NCBI GenBank assembly: GCA_965655095.1
Contig: OZ296653.1
Location: 9,858,001 to 9,922,000 of the forward strand
Source of the DNA: Haplodiscus bocki
Taxonomy: Eukaryota
Length of the DNA: 64,000 bases
Direction of reading: 5' to 3'
Positions 38,901 to 52,986 of this stretch are shown piece by piece. The stretch's first letter is position 1; every line of letters begins with the position of its first letter. The position numbers and the translations under genes were made by a program. Below the pieces are notes generated by a model that had not been told where the DNA came from, did no database searches, and worked only from the letters and a program-made list of their open reading frames with translations.

Positions 38901-41900
38901 TGTATTGCAGAAGAACGGTAGTGAGTTTGTCACCGAACACTATGTATAACAGTTTACAGTAGCTTTCTTAGATTTTTCTTGGAATTGTTGTCCGAAAATT
39001 ATTGAAGAAAATTCTATAATGAAGATCTTGGACACTTCCATAATTAAGATTAATGTTTAATTATCTCAAGAAAACTAATTTGAACAAGCATTTCCTCACT
39101 ATGAGGCAAATTTGTGGTACCTCCTTTGGTATACCCTACTGCCTTGGTATACCCTACTTCATTTCACAAAAAATTTGGTGTTGTTAGCTGCTTTGACAAC
39201 AAAGTAATTACGTTAAAAAAGTGACAATTGAGTAATCATCATGACTCTATTACTTTATTAAAGTAATTACTTGGTTGTCAAAGCAGCAAACACCAACTAC
39301 TTTGTCAAACGAAGATAGGTATACCAAGGGAGGTACTTGGTTGTCAACTCGAGTTTTGATCAAAACTGTTATTGATTTCAAAACATTTCCGCAAACAAAT
39401 CGATCCTAAATAAAGGGCAATAATACTTCAATTTTGGGTATTATAGCATTGGTAATTATCAGGGATCGGATTTTGATGTTGATATTTCGATCAATATATG
39501 TCATTGAATGTGTTCTTAAAAACAAAACAATATGCTAATCAGCGCTTCAAACATTAAGTATCCAAGCACTTCCACATTATTACAAGGCGATGTTGGACTG
39601 TCCGTTCATGCCTTTGTGGAGAGAAATACGAATAAATCCTCATCGAGCAGAAATTGCATCCGAACTTATAGATATTCAGGGAAATCCGAAAATTTTTTTC
39701 GTAGAGTGCAAGGCAATTTCTTAGTTCTCCGAAATATGGAAGTGAGCATTGCGAGCTTCCTTTTATTTCTCAAAAATATGTCAATGAGGTGTCAATTCAT
39801 CAAGAATGAAGCAAAATATGTTTAAACAATGGTTATATGCAAAAAAAACATGAAAATCCGAGCCTGGTTATTGTGTCACATTGGAAATTACAATCTGACT
39901 TCCTAAAACTCAGATAGTTTCGTCATGTCGCGATTTTGATTTTTAAATAAATGGCGATTCGGTTTCCATTATTTTTGCGCAGTTTCAAAAATTGTCCATT
40001 GGAATCGAATTCCTTTACAATCGAAAGTTGAATCAAATATTTGAACATCGAAAATCCTAGCATCGACTAAAAATATATTGAAAATTGCATTTTTTTGAGA
40101 CCGAAAAGCGTCGCAAACCAATTGCAAGTTAATTAGCTATTTGTATTGCAGAAAAACGGTAGTAAGTTTGTCACCAAACACTATATATAACAAGTTACAG
40201 CAGCTCTCTTAAATTTTTCTTGGAATTGTTGTTGGAAACTTAGTGAAAAAATTTCTAGAATGAAGATTTTGGAGACTTCCACAATGAAGATTAATGTTTA
40301 ATTATCTCAACGAAAACTAATTTGAACAAGCTTTTCGTCACTATGAGGCAAATTTGTGGTACCTCCCTTGGTATACCGTACTCCTCTGGTATACCCTACT
40401 TCATTTCACAAATTTTTTGGTGTTAGCTGCTTTGACTACCAAGTAATCACGTTAAAAAAAGTAACAATTAAGTAATAATCATGACTCTATTACTCTATTA
40501 AAAGAAGTACTTGGTTGTCAAAGCAGCAAACACCAAAAATTTTGCGAATTGAAGTTAGGTATACCAACGGAGGTACTTGGTTGTCAACTCGAGTTTTGAT
40601 CAAAACTGTTATTGATTTCAAAATTGGTACAATGGCGTTTCTTTTCGGTTTCACAGCGCCGAAAAATTTGCTGAGCGAAAAAACTGGTTTATGGAAAGGT
40701 GTATCAGTTGTTGAATTAATATCTTTTGAAGAACACAAAAAGCAGCAGAGTTCTTGCCCGTGTTCGTCAGTCCTTGAAAATGACAAAATTGAAACTGAAA
40801 TGTAGAGTCTGAACGGTTCGTCATCAAATCTGTGGTTGAAACAGTATCATTTCTGTCGGGCAAAAATTTTACAAAAAGCACCGACTAAAAAGACCAGTTT
40901 CTGTTTCCTGAAAAATGCGTTCACATTGCGGGAAATTCTAAGAAACTTAACTTCGAAATCAATTTGAAAAAAAGCCCAGTTTTTGTGGCGCTTTACACGA
41001 AAAAATGCCCAACTAATACACTGGCTTTTTTGTTCACCTTTTCCCAACACTGATCACCAAAATTTTTCAATGTCCCGCCACCCCTCCAAAAAAACATTGA
41101 GTCAAATAGGCAGCGTTGACGTCAATATTCCTCTCTTGCTGAGATTTTTATTCAGTCATAACATTCCTCCATAACATTCCCAAAAAAGACGAAACTTTTC
41201 ATCCTAGTCAAATTCAATTACATACATTGGGAGAAATTTCAAAAATGATGGTAAATTAATAACTAAAGGGCAATTATACTTCAATTTTGGGTATTATAGC
41301 ATTGGTAATTATCAGGGATCGTATTTTGATGTTAATATTTCGATCAATTTATGTCATTGAATGTGTTCTTAAAAACAAAACAATATGCTAACCAGCGCTT
41401 CAAACATTAAGTATACAGGCAGCTACAGATTATTACAAGGCGATGTTGGACTGTCCGTTCATGCCTTTGTGGACAGAGAAATACGAGTGAATCCTCAACG
41501 AGCAGAAATTGCATACGAACTTTTAGATATTCAGGGAAATCCGAAACTTTTTTTCGTAGAGTGCAAGGCAATTTCTTATTTCTCCGAAATATGGAAGTGA
41601 GCATTGCGAGCTTCCTTTTATTTCTCCAAAATATGTCAATGACGTGTCAATTCATCAATAATGAAGCAAAATATGTTTGAACAATTGTTTTATGCAAAAA
41701 AAACATGAAAATCCGAGCCTGCTTATTGTGTCAAATTGGACATTTTGTTCTGACTTCCTAAACCTCAGATAGTTTCATCATTTTGCCATTTTGATTTGTA
41801 AAGAAATGGCGATTCGGTTTCCATTAGTTCTGGGCAGTTTCAAAACTTGTCCTTTGGAATCGAATTCCTTTACAATCGAAAGTTGAATCAAATATTTTAA

Positions 41901-44900
41901 ACATCGAAAATCCTAGCATCGACTAAAAATATATTGAAAATTGCATTTTTTTGAGACCGAAAAGCGTCGCAAACCAATTGCAAGTTAATTAGCTAATTGT
42001 ATTGCAGAAGAACGGTAGTAATTTTGTCACCAAACACTATATATAACAAGTTACAGTAGCTCTCTCAAATTTTTCTTGGAATTGTTGTTGGAAACTTAGT
42101 GAAAAAATTTCTAGAATGAAGATTTTGGAGACTTCCACAATGAAGATTAATGTTTAATTATCTCAACGAAAACTAATTTGAACAAGCTTTTCGTCACTAT
42201 GAGGCAAATTTGTGGTACCTCCCTTGGTATACCGTACTCCCCTGGTATACCCTACTTCATTTCACAAATTTTTTGGTGTTAGCTGCTTTGACTACCAAGT
42301 AATCACGTTAAAAAAAAGTAACAATTAAGTAATAATCATGACTCTATTACTCTATTAAAAGAATTACTTGGTTGTCAAAGCGGCAAACACCAAAAATTTT
42401 GCGAATTGAAGTTAGGTATACCAACGGAGCTACTTGGTTGTCAACTCGAGTTTTGATCAAAAGTGTTATTGATTTCAAAATTGGTACAATGGCGTTTCTT
42501 TTCGGTTTCACAGCGCCGAAAAATTTGCTAAGCGAAAAAACTGGTATATGGAAAGGTGTATCAGTTGTTGAATATATATCTTTTGAAGAACACAAAAAGT
42601 AGCAGAGTTCTTGCCCGTGTTCGTCAGTCCTTGAAAATGACAAAATTGAAAATGAAATGTAGAGTCTGAACGGTTCGTCATCAAATCTGTGGTTGAAACA
42701 GTATCATTTCTGTCGGGCTCTATTTTTACAAAAAGCACCGACTAAAAAGAGCAGTTTCTGTTTCCTGAAAAATGCGTTCACATTGCGGGAAATTCTAAGA
42801 AACTTAACTTCGAAATCAATTTGAAAAAAAGCCCAGTTTTTGTGGCGCTTTACACGAAAAAATGCCCAACTAATACACTGGCTTTTTTGTTCACCTTTTC
42901 CCAACACTGATCACCAAAATTTTTCAATGTCCCGCCACCCCTCCAAAAAAACATTGAGTCAAATAGGCAGCGTTGACGTCAATATTCCTCTCTTGCTGAG
43001 ATTTTTATTCAGTCATAACATTCCTCCATAACATTCCCAAAAAAGACGAAACTTTTCATCCTGGTCAAATCCAATTACAAACATTGGGAGAAATTACAAA
43101 AATGATGGTAAATTAATAACTAAAGGGCAATTATACTTCAATTTTGGGTATTATATCATTGGTATTTATCAGGGATCGGATTTTGATGTTGATATTTCGA
43201 TCAATATATGTCATTGAATGTGTTCTTAAAAACAAAAAAATATGCTAATCAGCGCTTCAAACATTAACTAGCCAAGCAGTTCCATATTTTTACAAGGCGA
43301 TATTGGACTGTCCGTTCATGCCTTTGTGGACAGAGAAAAACGAGTGAATTCTCATCGAGCAGAAATTGCATACGAACTTTGAGATATTCAGGGAAATCCG
43401 AAACTTTTTTTCGTAGAGTGCAAGGCAATTTCTTGTTTCTCCGAAACATGGAAGTGGGCATTGCGAGCTTCCTTTTATTTCTCCAAAATATGTCAATGAC
43501 GTGTCAATTCATCAATAATGAAGCAAAATATGTTTGAACAATTGTTTTATGCAAAAAAAACATGAAAATCCGAGCCTGCTTATTGTGTCAAATTGGACAT
43601 TTTGTTCTGACTTCCTAAACCTCAGATAGTTTCATCATTTTGCCATTTTGATTTGTAAAGAAATGGCGATTCGGTTTCCATTATTTCTGGGCAGTTTCAA
43701 AACTTGTCCTTTGGAATCGAATTCCTTTACAATCGAAAGTTGAATCAAATATTTTAAACATCGAAAATCCTAGCATCGACTAATAATATATTGAAAATTG
43801 CATTTTTTTGAGATCGCAAAGCGTCGCAAACCAATTGCAAAGTTAATTAGCTAATTGTATTGCAGAACTGTAAAAAGTTTGTCACCGAACACTATGTATA
43901 ACAGGTTACAGTAGCTTTCTTAGATTTTTCTTGGAAATGTTGTTCGAAAATTATTGAAGAAAATTTCTATAATGAAGATTTTGGAGACTTCCATAATTAA
44001 GATTAATGTTTAATTATCTCAAGAAAACTAATTTGAACAAGCATTTCGTCACTATGAGGCAAATTTGTGTTACCTCCTTTGGTATACCCTACTGCCTTGG
44101 TATACCCTACTTCATTTCACAAAAAATTTGGTGTTAGCTGCTTTGACAACAAAGTAATTACGTTAAAAAAGTGACAATTGAGTAATCATCATGACTCTAT
44201 TACATTATTAAAGTAATTACTCGGTTGTCAAAGCAGCAAACACCAACTACTTTGAGAAATGAAGATAGGTATACCAAGGGAGGTACTTGGTTGTCAACTC
44301 GAGTTTTGATCAAAACTGTTATTGATTTCAAAACATTTCCGCAAACAAATCGAGCCTAAATAAAGGGCAATTATACTTCAATTTTGGGTATTATATCATT
44401 GGTATTTATCAGGGATCGGATTTTGATGTTGATATTTCGATCAATATATGTCATTGAATGTGTTCTTAAAAACAAAACAATATGCTAATCAGCGCTTCAA
44501 ACATTAACTAGCCAAGCAGTTCCATATTTTTACAAGGCGATATTGGACTGTCCGTTCATGCCTTTGTGGACAGAGAAATACGAGTGAATTCTCATCGAGC
44601 AGAAATTGCATACGAACTTTGAGATATTCAGGGAAATCCGAAACTTTTTTTCGTAGAGTGCAAGGCAATTTCTTGTTTCTCCGAAACATGGAAGTGAGCA
44701 TTGCGAGCTTCCTTTTATTTCTCCAAAATATGTCAATGACGTGTCAATTCATCAATAATGAAGCAAAATATGTTTGAACAATTGTTTTATGCAAAAAAAA
44801 ACATGAAAATCCGAGCCTGCTTATTGTGTCAAATTGGACATTTTGTTCTGACTTCCTAAACCTCAGATAGTTTCATCATTTTGCCATTTTGATTTGTAAA

Positions 44901-46718
44901 GAAATGGCGATTCGGTTTCCATTATTTATGGGCAGTTTCAAAACTTGTCCTTTGGAATCGAATTCCTTTACAATCGAAAGTTGAATCAAATATTTTAAAC
45001 ATCGAAAATCCTAGCATCGACTAATAATATATTGAAAATTGCATTTTTTTGAGATCGCAAAGCGTCGCAAACCAATTGCAAAGTTAATTAGCTAATTGTA
45101 TTGCAGAACTGTAATAAGTTTGTCACCGAACACTATGTATAACAGGTTACAGTAGCTTTCTTAGATTTTTCTTGGAAATGTTGTTCGAAAATTATTGAAG
45201 AAAATTTCTATAATGAAGATTTTGGAGACTTCCATAATTAAGATTAATGTTTAATTATCTCAAGAAAACTAATTTGAACAAGCATTTCGTCACTATGAGG
45301 CAAATTTGTGTTACCTCCTTTGGTATACCCTACTGCCTTGGTATACCCTACTTCATTTCACAAAAAATTTGGTGTTAGCTGCTTTGACAACAAAGTAATT
45401 ACGTTAAAAAAGTGACAATTGAGTAATCATCATGACTCTATTACATTATTAAAGTAATTACTCGGTTGTCAAAGCAGCAAACACCAACTACTTTGTGAAA
45501 TGAAGATAGGTATACCAAGGGAGGTACTTGGTTGTCAACTCGAGTTTTGATCAAAACTTATTGATTTCAAAACATTTCCGCAAACAAATCGAGCCTAAAT
45601 AAAGGGCAATTATACCTCAATTTTGGGTATTATATCATTGGTATTTATCAGGGATCGGATTTTGATGTTGATATTTCGATCAATATATGGCATTGAATGT
45701 GTTCTTAAAAACAAAACAATATGATAATCAGCGCTTGAAACATTAAGTATCCAAGCAGTTCCACATTATTACAAGGCGATGTTGGACTGTCCGTTCATGC
45801 CTTTGTGGACAGAGAAATACGAGTGAATCCTCATCGAGCAGAAATTGCATACGAACTTTGAGATATTCAGGGAAATCCGAAACTTTTTTTCGTAGATTGC
45901 AAGGCAATTTCTTGTTTTATGCAAAAAAAAACATGAAAATCCGAGCCTGTTTATTGTGTCAAATTGGACATTTTGTTCTGACTTCCTAAACCTCAGATAG
46001 TTTGATCATTTTGCCATTTTGATTTGTAAAGAAATGGCGATTCGGTTACCATTATTTCTGGGCAGTTTCAAAGCTTGTCCTTTGGAATCGAATTCCTTTA
46101 CAATCGAAAGTTGAATCAAATATTTTAAACATCGAAAATCCTAGCATCGACTAATAATATATTGAAAATTGCATTTTTTTGAGATCGAAAAGCGTCGCAA
46201 ACCAATTGCAAAGTTAATTAGCTAATTGTATTGCAGAACTGTATTAAGTTTGTCACCGAACACTATGTATAACAGGTTACAGTAGCTTTCTTAGATTTTT
46301 TTCTTGGAACTGTTGATCAAAAATTATTTAAAAAAATTCTATAAAGAAGATTTTGGAGACTTCCATAATGAATGATGTTTAATTATCTCAAGAAAACTAA
46401 TTTGAAAAAGCTTTTCGTCACTATGAGGCAAATATGTGGTACCTCATTTGGTATACCCTACTGCCTTGGTATACCCTACTTCATTTCACAAAATTTTTGG
46501 TGTCCAAGTATATACGTTAAACAAGTGACAATTGAGTAATCATCATGACTCTATTACTTTATCAAAGTAATTACTTGGTTGTCAAAGCAGCAAACACCAA
46601 CTATTTTGTGAAATGAAGTTAGGTATACCAAGGGAGGTACTTGGTTGTCAACTCGAGTTTTGATCAAAACGGTTATTGATTTCAAAATATTTCAGCAAAC
46701 AAATCGATCCTAAATAAA
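26991..46718. repeat. ~19.7-kb tandem array: 13 core units with short (~1.24 kb) and long (~1.86 kb) periods and a ~6.2-kb higher-order repeat
   Basis: Marker ATG(C)TAA(T/C)CAG at 27761, 28982, 30840, 32087, 33330, 35187, 37044, 38285, 39532, 41385, 43242, 44482, 45721. Spacings 1221, 1858, 1247, 1243, 1857, 1857, 1241, 1247, 1853, 1857, 1240, 1239. Confidence 0.98.
31672..31891. repeat. ~220-bp palindrome present in every array unit (representative copy)
   Basis: GTACCTCC.TTGGTATACC...GCTGCTTTGACAAC.AAGTAATTAC pairs with GTAATTACTTGGTTGTCAAAGCAGC...GGTATACCAAGGGAGGTAC. Confidence 0.92.
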
Positions 46719-48639
46719 ATTGCGTTGACTCTCGATTCAAAATAGTTTTTGAAACAATTCGATTCCAAATAATTCAACACTACATAGCATCCCCTCTGAA
46801 AATAGAAAAAATGTGTATTAGTTTCCTTCCCAGAAACCGATGAAGTTTGATCGATCAACGCATCAAAATTACAGATTTAACAGAAAGCTTTGTTTTCTCG
46901 AGTACTTCAAATCTTTCTGAAGTGGAGCGAATCTGACAATTCAAGAGCTGCTTCATGGCATTAGATCATTCTACTGTTTAAAATTATCGCCATAGTAGTT
47001 TACACCTCAAATACGAACAATGAGAATCAATCAAACAAAACTTCACTCAATGAGGCCCGCATGAAGAAGATTCTGTTCCATGAAGTTATCAAAATGCTGA
47101 AAACTTTTTGCTTTTACTCAAAAAATCTCGTAGTTAAAATAATCCAAATGAACTGGAAGATCTTTGAAGAGGTCACGACATCATCGAGTAACTACAATTA
47201 ATTAACCTGTGATATAATTATTTCACAATTGTTCTCTCTGTTTTGAAATTGCATCTCTTCCTCTCAAATCATGAATGCGAGAGAACAAGACAAGCAGCCA
47301 ATTCAGCGGGAATTTCTTAATCGTCATAATAACCTGTCATCTTATTCCTTCAATAAATGCAATTCTTATTACTTTTAACTTCCTTGATTGCAGAAGTTAT
47401 CACCAAGTAATCACAATTTATTCAGGTTAATTAAACCATCATTTGTAGTAAAATCAAGTTCGGTTCTCAAAGGAAAACTCTTACAACGATAATCTAAAAA
47501 CTGTGGAAAATCTACCAAAATACTACTAAAAGGTCATATTACTTTTTTTCGATGAAAATAATTTGCCATTACGATGAGAGATTTCGCTGAAAGAGATCTA
47601 TTTTGTTTCATTTTCCAAGTTTTCAGTGCATGTAAAAAGTTGCGAAAAAAACCAACGGATAGATAAAGCATACAGTATTTAAGTAAGAGAGGAGGCTATG
47701 ATTTTTTCAAAGTTCTGAAATACTTCTTTTTCCTCACTGAAAGATACAGAAGTAAGAATATAAATTTCACAGAACTCGGATGTTGCTTGTGGAGACGTTT
47801 AAGTGTGTGAACATCGGAAAATCTTTGATCAAAAAATATGCCAAAAAATCATCCTCAACGATGCATGAAAAACGGAAATAACGGCTCCCAATATTTTTTT
47901 AAAAAAATGAAAAGTATCGTTCCTTCAGGACTATGCCAAGAACATTAATATTCAAGTTCTTGCTAAAATTCTATAGAATCCGGTAGTGGCACCTTAATGC
48001 TACGTTTTTCTTTGTTATCAATAGTTTTACTGGCATTTCCTGCCGCGAAATCTGACATCAATTTTTCAATCTCGCCGTGCTGGAATCATTTCGGAACATT
48101 TCTCCCAAATTTTATCAATCATTTTTTGCATCAAATACAATAAAAAAAAAAGATTACAAAATACCATCACGCACCAATACAGGTGTATAGCTCTTTATTC
48201 GTTGCTAATTCGAAGGAATGAAGTAACATCCTATTGGGAGGAATGCTTCAAATCGAGCGTGAACAATTTTTTTAGTCTGTTTTTCCTTGTCTTTTTTTAA
48301 CAGCAAAGAGCATTAGGATTATCCCCTATTCAGTTTTTGGTTTTCCTTGGGCTGCTAAATTGAATCCGCAGTACATCACAGGAAAAAGTATCTTTGTACC
48401 AACCAATCTACTTACCTGTGCGTACCTGCCTGCTACCTTATGATACCCCTTTGTGAAATATTATTACACCACTGTCGACCTTTTATTGATCATCACGCAA
48501 ACCCAAATTAATGCATTCAGTAAAGAGCTCATCCAATATACAGCAAAAAAATGAAACCCCTCGTTTTGTTTACCAACATTGTAACGAGTATTACGTAACT
48601 ATTGTGGTTATTATTGCATAACGGTTGCGGGCATTGATA

Positions 48640-49438
48640 CAGTAGTGTCAGAAAAGAATGGAACCTTTATTTGTGAATTAATTCTGGAACCCTACAAATA
48701 CTTCCGTAATACTCAAAAGCGACTGAAAATTACAATATAAGGTCGAAACAAAAGTTTCTTAGAATTTTATCTAGTTTACAATGATCTTCGTTTGAAATTT
48801 CTAGAATCATTGTTATAGAAGTTCGGAGATTTGGCATCTCTATGTATTAAGATAGAAGGTTGATTTTGCAATCACAACTTTCGATAATTTAAGTACCTTC
48901 TGCTCCGTTTTTGTTTACATTTCATATACTGAAAGATGCCCGTCATCCACTGATTACACTCAGAAGTTGGCAGCTCCCCAGTGTTTACATTATCAAAATG
49001 CGGAGACATTCTCTAAGAAAAAGTAGTCATCCCAATGTTAATACGTTGTAAAGGGTGTTATTTCTTACAGAATGTCTCCGCATTTTGATAATGTAAACGC
49101 TGGGGAGCTGCCAACTTCTGAGTGTAATCAGTGGATGACGGGCATCTTACAGTATATGAAATGTAAACAAAAACGGACTAGAAGGTACTTAAAACATCGA
49201 AAGTTGTGACGCAAAATCAACCTCCTATCTTAATACATAGAGATACAAAATCTCCTAACTTCTATAATAATTATTCTAGAAGTTTCAAACAAAGATCATT
49301 GTAAACTAGATAAAATTCTAAGAAACTTTTGTTTCGACCTTATATTGTAATTTTCAGTCGTTTTTGAGTATTACGCAAGTATTTGTAGTGTTCCAGAATT
49401 AATTCACAAATAAAGGTTCCATTCTTCTGACACTACTG
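48640..49438. mobile_element. Fold-back MITE copy 3, Tc1/mariner type
   Basis: TA|CAGTAGTGTCAGAA...TTCTGACACTACTG|TA; 799-bp palindrome. Confidence 0.93.
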
Positions 49439-50006
49439 TACATAACGGTTGTGCGGGGATTCATAAATCACTGAATTTGAGACCCTCTTTTTCTATTGTC
49501 AAGCTTCTAATGACCAGCCTAGACTTTATTACATTTATAACAGATTGTTATTATTACTGGCATTACTGAGTTAGTCCTTGATTACAACATTGGTCAAGTT
49601 TCAACTGAGGGGTTTGAACCAAAGGGATCGAATGTTGGAAGAGAAGGGTTCTACCAAAAGTGTTGCAGAAAATGTAGATGTATGTTTCCGGTGTACTGAA
49701 AAATCCAGCCTCTTTAAACCACAAAATGTTATTTTATATAGATTTTTTCAAAAGTGCATTTCTATGAAAAACCCTTTCAACAACCATTTCCTCAATTTTC
49801 CAGTAGCGGTGGTTTTTGGGTGTTCCTAATTGACAAAAAAATTGGAGGAAAAGTGAAGAAAAACGACGGGAACTTTTTTAAAACAGCACGTGATAGAAGC
49901 AAAATGTTTTGCTGTAACTATACTTTTCAACAATTCATGATTACTTGGTTCAAATCCAAAAATTTGTTACATAATTCAGAAAATCATTACGATACATTAT
50001 CAAAAA

Positions 50007-50221
50007 ATGCGTTCCGCGCCATCTCTGAGCAGAGCTCACATTCAACCGCTGGTTAGGAACGTGAGAGAAAACCACAAGAGCTCAATCCAAATTCTATCTT
50101 TGCTTCCTCTGGTCTTTCTCTACCTCTACCTGGGCACAGCTTTCGGGTGCATCCGGGTCTATCTTACCAATCTACCTTTTCGGTGTTATACCCCCATAGA
50201 AAACGACCCAATTTTTGATGA
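50007..50221 (+). CDS. Nested SLC22-like MFS transporter, exon 1
   Basis: ATG at 50007. TM1 (ILSLLPLVFLYLYLG) is followed by LPFRC, like SLC22 P.HRC. The phase-2 donor GA|GTTGAG fits the next acceptor. Confidence 0.65.
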
Positions 50222-50608
50222 GTTGAGAAATTCAAATAAAATCAAAGGCCCGTATAAATGATGACCATTTCTTATATTATATTTAAAAATTGTTGATGAA
50301 ATACTAGAGCTCCACAAATTTTTCTAAGAAAACGTCCAGAATTATCAAATTTGAATAAAAAAATCCTAAAGTTAATGGCCCGGACCTCACTCACAATTTT
50401 CAAAACATTTCAATTTCAAAACGTATCAAATGTAACGATTCGCTGACAAGTTGCCGTTGAATTTTCATCCAAATTAATAATTTCAAAATTTTCAACATAC
50501 CTTTTCATTAATTATCGAAAACTTTTTCGGCAGGCTTTGAAACTTTCTTGACCTACCAAAAAATAGCACGACACAAAATTGTGCCCCAATAAAAGTTCAA
50601 CATATCAG

Positions 50609-50865
50609 TGATATGTTTGGAATCTGGAATGGTCAACATGGAAAAGGTCAGAGAATGGTTGAACAACTGTTACTTCCTGACCGTGATCTGACCACGAATC
50701 CCCGAAGATTTGAGACTCCTCACAGCTGCAAGAAGTACAACTCTGATCACGTGCAGTCGATTCTCACTCGACAGAACGGAAGCAAGATCACCAAGACACA
50801 GTTCGATGCATATGTCACTGAAATGGCAAACAAACAACCAGAATACATTAACTGCGGACCTCTAG
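50609..50865 (+). CDS. Nested SLC22-like transporter, exon 2 (large extracellular loop)
   Basis: ATCAG|T GAT. Contains SCKKY...INCGPLG with the loop cysteines. Probable donor AG|GCAAAA; alternative in-phase GT at 50872. Confidence 0.7.
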
Positions 50866-51283
50866 GCAAAAGTTTTGGAAACAGGGGGCAAACATTTTGA
50901 CTAAACATATTTTTGAGAATAAAAGTCACGGTTGATTTGAAAATGACTTGCGATTAGAAAAACAGTTTAGTTCGCAAAGGTATCGTTTTTACGTTAAAAA
51001 TTATGGAAAATTGAAATAAGTTCATCAAACAAAGTTTAAGCACGGTATCTTTTACCCACGTACTACCAAATTAGGATCTCTCATTGATAAAAAACTTCAT
51101 GCTTTTATTTGAGAAAGTTGCCGAAAACTTCATTGGCATTTGTAATTTTGTAAAAATCAGTAATGAATGTTAGGAAACAATTATATCGCCAAAGCTGAGA
51201 ATTTGACCAAGAAACAATTTTCCGATATCAATCGAATTAAGTTCATTAAAACTAACCCTTGTTGTTGAAACCTTTGCTTGCAG

Positions 51284-51629
51284 GATGGCAGTTCGACCGC
51301 GCAGACATTCAAAGCACCTTACAGTCTCATTACAAATTAGTGTGTGAGCGTAAGGTGTTGATAAACACGATGCGCTCTCTCGGCTCCTTAGGTCAATTTC
51401 TCGGCTCCGCCTTTCTCTGTTTCGGAGACGTCGTTGGCCGAAGTTTTCTCTTCTTCGCTGCGTCATTTATTCACGCTGGTTCTGGCTTTCTCATGATAGT
51501 GATGCCGGATTTCATGGGCTTTGTCATATGCTACATGCTCTACATGGGCGCAGCCATTACTATTTTCGCTTTGGGGTTCATAAGTGCGTGTGAGTTTTGG
51601 AATGACAGTCCCAATAAACGGATTATAAG
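51284..51629 (+). CDS. Nested SLC22-like transporter, exon 3
   Basis: GWQFDRADIQSTLQSHYKLVCERK matches the SLC22 GW.YD....ST...W.LVC motif, and GDVVGR matches MFS motif A. TTGCAG| ... AG|GTAGTA. Confidence 0.85.
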
Positions 51630-52112
51630 GTAGTACTGTTCCTCCGAGTGAACTTTTTAGTTTAGCACTCCTGTCACATAACAATTTAGTGCTTTTGAAA
51701 TTGAGAAAAAATGTTCGATGATAATAATTTAGGATTATTTTGATCAATTTGCGGTCAAACTCTTCACAGAAACATTCAATGCACACATTTGAACAACTAA
51801 TTGAACTTTTTAGCGGAAATTCCAAATTAAAGCGCTCAAATCGTAGGCACAAAATTTTGATGAGTACCGACATTGAAACTTCAGCAACTTTTTGAATTTT
51901 ATGAAGCACTAATTTTTGTTTCATAAAATTTTACAAACAAAATGAAGTGGACGTGTTGTAATGCTACAACTATCATTATCTATCCTCAAACTGACCTTAA
52001 AAATAAACCAACCAAGTCACACGAAAGACGAACCAACTGAAAAACTTTACCAACAAGCAAAATTTTGAAGTTATTCAACGATGGTTTGCTAAAACTATAT
52101 TAAAATATACAG

Positions 52113-52460
52113 CGTGGGCCTTCTTGGCGCCACCTTCGGAGTCGGAATCGCCTTATCGGGATGCTTCTCCCTTTACATGACCGATTGGTCCTCCCTTCTT
52201 TGCTTGATTACTTCAATCTACCTGATAGTGGCAGCCGGGATCACCCCCCTGTTAGTAGTGATAGCTAACCCGGATATAACTACGGGTAGACGACGCATTT
52301 CGTGTTTGCAGTTCCTTCGACTAGCTTTCTTCCCAAAAAGCAACTTTCCTTCCACACCGAGCGAGACTCCACAAAAACGAAGGGCTAGTTTCATTGAAGT
52401 TCCCAAAGCTTATATAAAGACAAGTATTCTGTTGAGATTGTATGACAATGATAGCTTCAG
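52113..52460 (+). CDS. Nested SLC22-like transporter, exon 4
   Basis: TACAG|C GTG. Encodes TM5-TM6 (…YMTDWSSLL…) and the central loop; phase-2 donor AG|GTCGTC. Confidence 0.7.
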
Positions 52461-52855
52461 GTCGTCGGTCAAGCTACAAAACTTGCTATTTTTTTCCAAT
52501 TAATTGCACAATCAAAGTTTCCAAAAACTTGCAGCGATTTTTTTGTTAGTTAACCATCCTTTGGAATACGGAAGTAGTAAAATATTGATTTTTCCTCTTT
52601 GCCTGAAATCCAGTTATTAATTTGTGTATATTGAGTAAAATACACAACACACACCAAGTCATTTGTGCATTTCACTTTCCTTTCATTTTTGCCAAAATGT
52701 TCTGAAATCAATTTACAAGTTTTTGATTCTCATAACAAAATTCTTATCGATTAATTTAAAGGAATCAACTGGATCTAAAATCTTGAAGAACTCCATCAAA
52801 TCAAATCAATACCTTTTCTAACAAGTGACTTGACCTCTGACCTGGTGACCTCCAG

Positions 52856-52986
52856 ATTTGTTTCGTGGCTCCTCGTTCTCAACTGGACAGCCACTACAGT
52901 CGCCTATTACAGCATCAACTACTACAGCGCCCCCATGAACTTACAATTCGTTCCCCCTACCTTAGAGTGGATGCTATACGAAGCAG
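52856..52986 (+). CDS. Nested SLC22-like transporter, exon 5
   Basis: CTAAC branch site, then CTCCAG|A. LNWTATTVAYYSINY matches the SLC22 W....VYYGL motif. The best-fitting donor is the non-canonical CAG|GAACAC. Confidence 0.65.

Noticed and set aside
26978-45900. Recurrent 60-99-aa ORFs in the tandem array as a multigene family
   Set aside because: Frames open and close differently between units (frameshifts, stops), occur on both strands, and have no recognisable domain or splice structure.
26991-46718. CRISPR-like or repeat-spacer array
   Set aside because: Whole kilobase units repeat, there are no unique spacers or cas genes, and the context is eukaryotic.
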